Source: Candidatus Poribacteria bacterium (GTDB taxonomy: Bacteria; Poribacteria; WGA-4E; PCPOR2b). Taken from it: a DNA stretch of 64,000 nucleotides. This document shows positions 56,968-64,000 of this stretch, in pieces; position 1 is the stretch's first letter, and each line of letters starts with the position of its first letter. The stretch covers positions 512,001 through 576,000 of the forward strand of contig OZ242326.1 in the NCBI GenBank assembly GCA_965208325.1. The letters are read 5' to 3'. Under the pieces are notes generated by a model. The model saw only the letters and a list, made by a program, of their open reading frames with translations. It did not search any database and was not told the origin of the DNA. Both the position numbers and the translations under genes were made by a program.

Positions 56968-57040
56968 ATATACTACGTCTCCAAATTCAGGATTCCATAG
57001 GTCAAGCGTGCGCGAAGTTCATCCAAACATCTTAGGTATT

Positions 57041-57466
57041 TCAATTTTCGGGGGTTGAATTAAAGCGGCCTAATTTCATGTTGGCTTGCTCAAACTCGTG
57101 CTTTGCCTTTTCCATAGCCCGCATTTTCGATGCCAATCTTTTTTCCATATTACGGGCTTCCTCTTCAATCTTTATTGCAATGGATATTGATTCCGCTAAT
57201 TTGCCCGCGAGATTTGCACGCCTTCCTAGCCTATATGCTTCTTCCGTTTTTCCGTTGTGCAATGCCGATTCTGCGTCAGCGAGCATCCGTGCGGCTTCTT
57301 CATACGATTCAGTAGCTAAGTTTTGCGCATCAGTTGCTTGTGCAGAGAGAATCTGCGCTTTTGCATCCTGAATAATGCTCTCCGCATAACGGCTTGGCAT
57401 ACCGCATCCAATACTCACCACAACGACAAACAAACTGAAACCTGCAATTACCAACCGCTGATTCAT
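57041..57466 (-). CDS. DUF4398-like small lipoprotein
   Basis: MNQRLVIAG..SIGC lipobox; A...A..SYEEA..ML..AE helical motif; start moved to ATG 57466. Confidence 0.75.
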   Translation of the reverse strand: MNQRLVIAGFSLFVVVVSIGCGMPSRYAESIIQDAKAQILSAQATDAQNLATESYEEAARMLADAESALHNGKTEEAYRLGRRANLAGKLAESISIAIKIEEEARNMEKRLASKMRAMEKAKHEFEQANMKLGRFNSTPEN

Positions 57467-57976
57467 ATAATTTCCCGCCGTAAATATCACGTGCATTGTG
57501 TTTTTAGGAAGCATGCTCACTAAATGTAGTAGTTTTACGGCAATTCCGACTTAAGGATTATTTGATACTCAATCGTGACTTCTGAGTTTCGCTCTATCCT
57601 TCATTCTGTATTGCCGATTCAGGAATTTCCTGGAGTGCTCACTGAAAAACTCCTATAGCTGGATAAAATTATTCTTGAAGAAAATAGGTTCTTTCCAACC
57701 AACAATGACCGGTACCCAAGCTATTTCCACGGAAGGCAACTGGCATCAAGCCTGCGGGCAAGAATATGAGATGCGTGACAATCGATAATCTGATATACGT
57801 CATGATTATTGCAATCGGTATGGCTCTAGCCGACTGGGAAAATCGTTTCCACCGATATTTATTGCTTCCAGCGCGACATTAGTCATCTCAAGACATCAAA
57901 TCTAGTCTCTTGCCTAAACTGCGCGGTTGAATTAGATTGTCAGTGATGAGTATGGAATGCATTCGCGCAAAGTTGT

Positions 57977-58006
57977 ATTATAGCACGCCGATCAAAAAGA
58001 GATCAA
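57977..58006 (-). promoter_or_regulatory. Candidate leftward sigma70 promoter
   Basis: TTGATC-N18-TATAAT with extended -10 TG. Confidence 0.5.
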
Positions 58007-58042
58007 GCGGGAAAACTAAACAATCGCTATGGCTTATCCGGT

Positions 58043-59295
58043 CAGGGCAAACGCATCTAAATTTTGTGCTTGACATGAGAGGAATTTGGGATATGCTTGT
58101 GTAAAATCTTCCAGAGGCGCATTCCCCATGTCTAATCCCCCTATTTCCTCTATTGAAGCGCATTTTGAGTCATTGCCAGATCCTAGACGAGTTGATTGTC
58201 GCACACCCCATAAATTGCTTGATATTGTCGTAATTACTATCTGCGGGGTTATTTGCGGCGCCGATAATTGGGTGGCAATTGAAGCATTCGGAAACGCCAA
58301 GCATGAATGGCTAGCCAAGTTTTTGGAATTACCGAAAGGCGTCCCGTCGCACGATACATTCAGGCGTGTGTTTAGTGCGATGAACGCTGTCAAATTCGAG
58401 GCATGTTTTATCAACTGGATGCGGAGTGCCATTGAAATGACACAAGGTCAAGTGATTGCCGTTGACGGAAAACAGCTTCGTCGTTCCTATGATACTCATA
58501 ACAACAAATCAGCCATTCACTTGGTTAGCGCTTGGGCCTGCCATCAAGGGGTAGCGCTAGGACAACTTAAAGTTGCCGACAAGTCGAACGAGATTCCAGC
58601 CATACCCCAATTGCTTGAAGTATTGGACGTGTCAGGGTGCATTGTTACTATTGATGCGATGGGTTGTCAAACCGACATCGCTCAAACCATTGCGGATTCA
58701 GAAGCCGACTACGTTTTCGCGCTTAAAGCCAATCAAGGACAGTTGTATGAAGATGTTCAACTTCTGTTTGATGGCGTCTCAACCGGCGGCATAAGAGATA
58801 TAAAGGTCGACTCGACGCAAACAATTGACGGCAATCATGGACGTATTGAAACCCGTTCTGCTTATGCGATTGCAGACCCCGGTGTAATTTCCACGCTTAG
58901 AGCAAGTGAAAACTTTGTCAATCTCAACTCAATCGTCAAAGTTATTGCCGAGCGCGAAGTCAACCAAAAGATAACCACGGAGTCACGTTACTACATTTCT
59001 TCACTTCCCGGTGATGCACAACAGTTGCTTGAAGCCACCAGACATCACTGGCGGATTGAAAACTCATGTCATTGGGTGTTGGATGTTGCTTTCCGTGAGG
59101 ACGCCTCTCGGATTCGTAAAGATAACAGCGGAGAGAACTTCGCCATTATCCGACGCATCGCGCTCAATTTACTCAAGGCTGAAAAGTCAACCAAACTTGG
59201 CGTCGCAAACAAACGGCTCAAAGCCGCATGGGACAACAATTACTTGACTACTATTTTAGAAACTCTATTCTGAATAATCAGGTGCGTTTGCCCTG
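58043..59295 (+). mobile_element. ISAs1-family insertion sequence, 1253 bp, intact
   Basis: IRs CAGGGCAAACGCATCTAA / CAGGGCAAACGCACCTGA (16/18); 10-bp direct repeat CTTATCCGGT at 58033-58042 and 59296-59305. Confidence 0.97.
58128..59273 (+). CDS. ISAs1-family DDE transposase
   Basis: DPR, PSHDTF, AVDGK, KSNEI, TIDAMGCQ, LKANQ, HGRIETR, HWRIEN..HW.LDV.FRED. Confidence 0.97.
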   Translation: MSNPPISSIEAHFESLPDPRRVDCRTPHKLLDIVVITICGVICGADNWVAIEAFGNAKHEWLAKFLELPKGVPSHDTFRRVFSAMNAVKFEACFINWMRSAIEMTQGQVIAVDGKQLRRSYDTHNNKSAIHLVSAWACHQGVALGQLKVADKSNEIPAIPQLLEVLDVSGCIVTIDAMGCQTDIAQTIADSEADYVFALKANQGQLYEDVQLLFDGVSTGGIRDIKVDSTQTIDGNHGRIETRSAYAIADPGVISTLRASENFVNLNSIVKVIAEREVNQKITTESRYYISSLPGDAQQLLEATRHHWRIENSCHWVLDVAFREDASRIRKDNSGENFAIIRRIALNLLKAEKSTKLGVANKRLKAAWDNNYLTTILETLF

Positions 59296-59315
59296 CTTAT
59301 CCGGTTGCTTTTCGA

Positions 59316-59344
59316 TTGACACTTGTTCTCTTTTTTGATAATCT
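59316..59344 (+). promoter_or_regulatory. Candidate sigma70 promoter for the second phyH
   Basis: TTGACA-N17-TAATCT with TG, 10 bp beyond the IS target repeat. Confidence 0.5.
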
Positions 59345-59554
59345 GCCAAGACCAGAAATACAAATTTCAGAGCAAATTTAATATCTAGTATGCGAAACTG
59401 GACGGCAAATAAATGAGATACAACTCCATGACACTATCCTACAATCACGAAGTCCATTTCGAGGTCAATAACATGTGCCTTGTAAGGCGGGAATATCTTT
59501 CTCGTCCGGTCAATCAATGTGAATAAACCCTTTCAAAATCTTGGGAGTTTCATT

Positions 59555-60340
59555 ATGTCTGACTTCAAACTTACGCAGCAGCAACTGAATTTTATGGAAA
59601 CCTTTGGATATCTGTGCTTTCCCGGCCTGCTCAACGACCGAATTGATCAGATTATCGAAGCTTTTGAACAGGTTTGGGTGGACTTGAATGTAGAACACCC
59701 TGAAACACAGCGTACTTACATTGTACCGTTTATCGGACAAAGCGAATATCTCAGTTCGCTGCTTGACGACGATCGCATTGATGGAATTTTCAGCAGCCTT
59801 TTGGGGGAAGATTACGTTTACTTGGGCAGCGACGGCAATTTCTACAGCGGCGATTCTGGATGGCACTCGGATGGCGGTTGGCCGCGCCGCATTCGTCACT
59901 GCAAGATGGCGTTCTACCTCGACCCGTTGACCGCAAACACCGGCGCTTTGCGATTCATCCCTGGCAGCCACAGATATGGGGAAGCTTATGCCGAGACCAT
60001 ACAGCAAGGCGTTGCGACCTTGGGTGAGACCTATGGAATTGACGCTACCGATGTGCCGGCAGCGGTAATGGAGACACATCCCGGTGACGTTGTGGTGTTT
60101 AACCAAGGCTTGAAACACGGTTCATGGGGCGGTAGCACGCAACGCCGTATGTTTACGATTAACTGTAGTTATCGGTATAAAGAAGATCAGATGGATCTTC
60201 TCCAGAAGGAAGTAGGGATGACAATAGGTCATGAAGGCAAAATTTACGGAGAAAAAATGCTTGCGACAGCGGGGCCGCGAAGACTCGTACATCTTGAACA
60301 GCCTTTATCAATTGCTCCGGGTGGCGTGCCGTTGGGTTAG
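59555..60340 (+). CDS. Phytanoyl-CoA dioxygenase (PhyH) family protein
   Basis: FGYL.FPG, WHSDG, GALRFIPGSH, PGDVVVF..LKHGS..RR; GGGAG RBS before ATG 59555. Confidence 0.88.
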   Translation: MSDFKLTQQQLNFMETFGYLCFPGLLNDRIDQIIEAFEQVWVDLNVEHPETQRTYIVPFIGQSEYLSSLLDDDRIDGIFSSLLGEDYVYLGSDGNFYSGDSGWHSDGGWPRRIRHCKMAFYLDPLTANTGALRFIPGSHRYGEAYAETIQQGVATLGETYGIDATDVPAAVMETHPGDVVVFNQGLKHGSWGGSTQRRMFTINCSYRYKEDQMDLLQKEVGMTIGHEGKIYGEKMLATAGPRRLVHLEQPLSIAPGGVPLG

Positions 60341-60583
60341 AGCAGTTCAACCTTTCCACGGCCTTCAATGATTACATTTGGCAGTTACATCGATTGTGCA
60401 TCCTGCTAAACAAAATTGTGGCTGATAAATAAAAAATTTAAAATTTGGGCGTTACAGATTACAAATGTTTCCGCCAATATCATTGTCGCTTCGTTCAAAC
60501 CCGTCAAGAATTTTATTGAATGACTCTTGCTGTCAGTGTAAGTGAATTTGAATTCGATATGGTAAAGAGAAGGTTGGAATGAA

Positions 60584-61726
60584 TTGAAAAGCACATTCTT
60601 AAAAGACATGGCATTCCGCAAAGCACGCATTGCAATGACTGTAATCGCTATCACTGTTTTGATTGCACTAATTCTGATGTTGGGCGGAATTATGAACGGC
60701 ATGCGTATACAAGCGCAGCAGTACGTCAAATCTACGGGGGCGGACATTTGGATTTCCGCTGAAGGCTCAGGTGGCGCGTTCGTTGGCTTTTCAATGCTCA
60801 ACCCGGAGTATCTTGCGTTTCTAAATAATGCCAAAGATCTGAAACCCAAATCTGCATCACAACTCGTTTTTGCGCAAGCGCGGCCTGTAATCAAAGGTAA
60901 GACCGGCAAAGCCATTGTCGTGGGATATCAAAACGGAAAACTCGGCGGCCCCGTACGTTTAGTCGAAGGACGTTTGTTCACTCCGAGTCGATTCGAGGAT
61001 TACCGGCCGGAAGATATCCCGTCACCCGAGGTCGTCATTGATGAAAATATGGACCTCGAAATAGGCGAACGACTATCCATCGGCGGCAGCGAACTAAAAG
61101 TCGTCGGCAAAGCCAAAAGCCTGATGTTTGTACTTGACACTCCGCTGTTATTTATGGACATCCGCACCGCGCAAAATGTGATGTTAGACAACATACTGTA
61201 TGTCAATATGATCATTTCAAAAGCCGCGGATGGACGTCCGTCCGACGAAGTTGTGGAAGCCTTAAATCGATCGGATGCAGAATCGAAAATGATTGAAGTT
61301 TATACGCTTAAGCAGACTATTGGTGATATTCTCGAGACCTACGTAGATGAACCAATGAAGGCGGTTCAGTTCTTGCGCGCGATGCTGTGGTTAGCCACCG
61401 GAATTATCGTTGCCATGATAACTTACGTCACGACACTTGAAAAGACGCAGGAGTTTGGTACATTGAAAGCCATCGGCGCGTCAAATTCCTATGTGATATC
61501 CCTGATTCTAAAGCAAGTCGCTTTAACTTCGCTGATTGGGATAATTTTTGGGCTTCTCTTATCGTTTATCTTTGCCGCCGCGGCTCCAATCTTTGTTTCA
61601 ATCAACCTAGTCGAAGCGGTTATCGTGGCGATTATCAGCTTCATTGTCTGCTGTAGCGGCGGTTACCTCGCTGGGCGAAAAGCAATTACTGTCGATCCGA
61701 TGGTCGCATTCAGAGGAGAAATTTAA
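60584..61726 (+). CDS. ABC transporter permease (MacB/FtsX, DevC-like)
   Basis: TM, GADIW periplasmic domain, EFGTLKAIGA, three C-terminal TMs, VDP..AF. Confidence 0.88.
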   Translation: MKSTFLKDMAFRKARIAMTVIAITVLIALILMLGGIMNGMRIQAQQYVKSTGADIWISAEGSGGAFVGFSMLNPEYLAFLNNAKDLKPKSASQLVFAQARPVIKGKTGKAIVVGYQNGKLGGPVRLVEGRLFTPSRFEDYRPEDIPSPEVVIDENMDLEIGERLSIGGSELKVVGKAKSLMFVLDTPLLFMDIRTAQNVMLDNILYVNMIISKAADGRPSDEVVEALNRSDAESKMIEVYTLKQTIGDILETYVDEPMKAVQFLRAMLWLATGIIVAMITYVTTLEKTQEFGTLKAIGASNSYVISLILKQVALTSLIGIIFGLLLSFIFAAAAPIFVSINLVEAVIVAIISFIVCCSGGYLAGRKAITVDPMVAFRGEI

Positions 61727-62400
61727 TGGGCGCAATCGTACAGGGAAAGGGCTTAACCAAGCGGTTTGGCGAAGGCGATGCTACCGTAATGGCTGTTGAT
61801 AGCGTTGATGTTGCAATTGAGGCGGGCGAATTGGTCATGATTATGGGAGACAGCGGATGCGGAAAAACCACCCTGATTAGCTTGCTCGGTTGCATTCTCA
61901 CACCGAGCGAGGGCAATCTGTGCATCGATGGGAAACCAGTTGAATACGGTCACCAAAATCTTTCTGTCATTCGCCGGGAACAAATTGGCTTTGTATTTCA
62001 ACTGTTTAATCTGATCCCTTACCTGACGGCAATTGAAAACGTAATCGTTGCGATGAACATTGCCGGAATCAAAGGCTACAGTGCAGAGGCGCGGGCAAAG
62101 GAGTTGCTTACTCGGGTAGGGTTGGAACAGCGCTTATATCATCGTCCTGCGCAGCTCTCCGGGGGTGAAAAACAGCGTGTGTCCTTTGCGCGTGCGCTTG
62201 CAAATAACCCTAAAATTGTCTTCGCCGACGAACCCACTGCAAATCTTGATAGCCGTCAAAGTGCAAATTTAATGAATCTTATCCGCGAACTACGTCAAGA
62301 ACACCAAACAACGATTGCGATTGTGACTCATCATGAAGGGCTGAAGCAGGATGCAGACCGTGTCATCCAGATGAAGGATGGACGAGTCGTATCGAGTTAA
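61726..62400 (+). CDS. ABC transporter ATP-binding protein (LolD/MacB-like)
   Basis: GDSGCGKTT, IGFVFQ, LSGGEKQRV, ADEPT, VTH; TAATG overlap. Confidence 0.95.
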   Translation: MGAIVQGKGLTKRFGEGDATVMAVDSVDVAIEAGELVMIMGDSGCGKTTLISLLGCILTPSEGNLCIDGKPVEYGHQNLSVIRREQIGFVFQLFNLIPYLTAIENVIVAMNIAGIKGYSAEARAKELLTRVGLEQRLYHRPAQLSGGEKQRVSFARALANNPKIVFADEPTANLDSRQSANLMNLIRELRQEHQTTIAIVTHHEGLKQDADRVIQMKDGRVVSS

Positions 62401-62483
62401 AAAATCGTGTGCCGAGTGAATTCGCTTACCGTGTAGGGATTCGGTTAGATTAGTCGGTACGAATGCAGGCATGAGCATGACCT

Positions 62484-63899
62484 ATGAGTCGAAACGACTT
62501 TTTCGTGTTTTGGGTCGTCATTTTGGTGCTTCCCTGCACGATTCAGGTTTATGGACAAGTTGAGTCAAGCGAAATCCAGCAAACCGAGAATGAATCCGCA
62601 CTATACGAATCACCGTCGGGATTGGAAGAGGCAACCCTCCAGCAAACTAACCTTTCCGGAGTTGGATTAACCGTCATCAACGAAGATCCGTTTTTCCGAA
62701 TGCAGTTGCAGCCGGAGGTCAACCTTGGCAAAATTGGGTTTGGGTTAGGTTTCGTGGTTTTGTACAATCCGAGCGCTGAAAATGACGAGGATAAAATCTT
62801 TACTGAAGATGCTGAGAACTGGGACAATCCCAGTTCCTATCTGCGAACCGTCCGGTATGTGCGTTTTGGACACCTCGGCGATTCGTTCTACACCCGATTC
62901 GGAGAATTGGATTACGTCACCATCGGGTATGGATTCATCATGTCCGGCTATTCCAACCACGATCGGCGTGGAATACGACTGAACCTAAGCAATGACACTA
63001 AGAAATACGGTGTAGAGACTGTCATAAACAACGTCCGCAATCCGACGGTGTTTGGTGGGCGGACATACATTCGTCCACTGCGGAAAGAGCATGAGTCGGC
63101 AATCCTTAACCGTCTGGAATTCGGGGGTACCTATCTTACTGATATTGACCCATCATGGGGCAATCAGAATGAAGATCCGCTCGTGGCGTTAGGTGTGGAT
63201 GTCGGACTCCCGATAATTCACAACAGGCTCATGCGGGTAAACTTGTACGATGAAGTTGCTTTCCTCAACACGAAACCGACTTCAGATTCGACCGGCACGA
63301 TTGAACTCGCAAGGGGAAACGCCATCGGGATCGGTTTATCGATTTTTCAAGCCTTGTTCAAAGTGGAGTATCGGACCTTTGGCGAGGCATTCCCTCCTAC
63401 CATTTTTGACTACACCTATGATGCGGCTAAGGCAAATGTACCAGATTTTCTAGGAATGGATCCAAACACCCAAATTGACGGGCCAGGACGCGGATTCTTC
63501 TCACTGCTAGCCTGGCGGCCGACCCCAATGGTACATCTGCTAGGCACCTTTGAAGATTACAATACGACCGAGCCGAAGTTATACATTGGCGTTACTGAAT
63601 CTGGCCTGGTAGATAAGATGTCGTTCCGAGCGTTTTATGTCAAGCGTAACATCGGCGGACCGGATTCAGGATACCCGGATGGCATCGGAAGCAAAGACCC
63701 GTTATTCTTCGAAGATCTGTTCCGCCTTGATGAAAAATCCGCGTTCACCGTGCGGATTGGGTATGAAGCATATGCACCCATTGAGGTAGCAGTAATCCGA
63801 GAGTTTCGGTTCCGGCAGGTGGAAAAACCTGATAAGAGTTTTGGCTTCGAGCCAATTCGGAAAACCACAGTCGAGGTAGGAGTGAATCTCAAATTCTAA
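62484..63899 (+). CDS. Hypothetical exported protein, probable outer-membrane beta-barrel
   Basis: Signal peptide, alternating amphipathic strands, C-terminal VEVGVNLKF. Confidence 0.65.
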   Translation: MSRNDFFVFWVVILVLPCTIQVYGQVESSEIQQTENESALYESPSGLEEATLQQTNLSGVGLTVINEDPFFRMQLQPEVNLGKIGFGLGFVVLYNPSAENDEDKIFTEDAENWDNPSSYLRTVRYVRFGHLGDSFYTRFGELDYVTIGYGFIMSGYSNHDRRGIRLNLSNDTKKYGVETVINNVRNPTVFGGRTYIRPLRKEHESAILNRLEFGGTYLTDIDPSWGNQNEDPLVALGVDVGLPIIHNRLMRVNLYDEVAFLNTKPTSDSTGTIELARGNAIGIGLSIFQALFKVEYRTFGEAFPPTIFDYTYDAAKANVPDFLGMDPNTQIDGPGRGFFSLLAWRPTPMVHLLGTFEDYNTTEPKLYIGVTESGLVDKMSFRAFYVKRNIGGPDSGYPDGIGSKDPLFFEDLFRLDEKSAFTVRIGYEAYAPIEVAVIREFRFRQVEKPDKSFGFEPIRKTTVEVGVNLKF

Positions 63900-64000
63900 G
63901 CCGGAAGCGGGGGACAATTTGAAAGAAGGATTTACCCCTTATCAAAGTACATTCATCGCTGTTGGAGAAATGGACCGGAGCACAAATACGCGTGATGAAT

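Overview
64-kb bacterial chromosomal window, mostly dense core and envelope genes. The repertoire suggests Candidatus Poribacteria or a relative (inference): two PhyH dioxygenases, a secreted dockerin + FlgD/T9SS-like-tail protein, a DUF6785-type membrane protein, and YCF48 and heparinase II/III-like proteins. Recognisable genes are lexA, thrB, a class I aminotransferase, hsp20, degQ/htrA, Mrp/ApbC, priA, comEC, nnr, purQ, hisC, a modA-modB fusion, an RNase Z-like hydrolase, an ArsS-type radical SAM enzyme, mtnP, DUF4398/OmpA lipoproteins and a MacB/DevC-like ABC pair. One intact ISAs1-family element has terminal IRs and a 10-bp target duplication. No rRNA, tRNA or CRISPR array was seen. Most notable: (1) a full-length 912-aa P-type ATPase homologue with its catalytic motifs replaced, including the phosphoacceptor Asp; (2) a ~10.6-kb co-oriented envelope locus of a pseudo-caspase/PEGA membrane protein, giant TPR protein, short beta-barrel, ExbB/TolQ, TonB-like protein (no ExbD/TolR) and TPR lipoprotein; (3) further apparent pseudoenzymes; (4) a sigma54 promoter with phased enhancer-like boxes before hsp20; (5) a solitary Nmad3-like gene beside REP-like hairpins and a structured leader; (6) a MITE-like/REP repeat family. 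All family calls come from motif recognition by eye; no database search was run.
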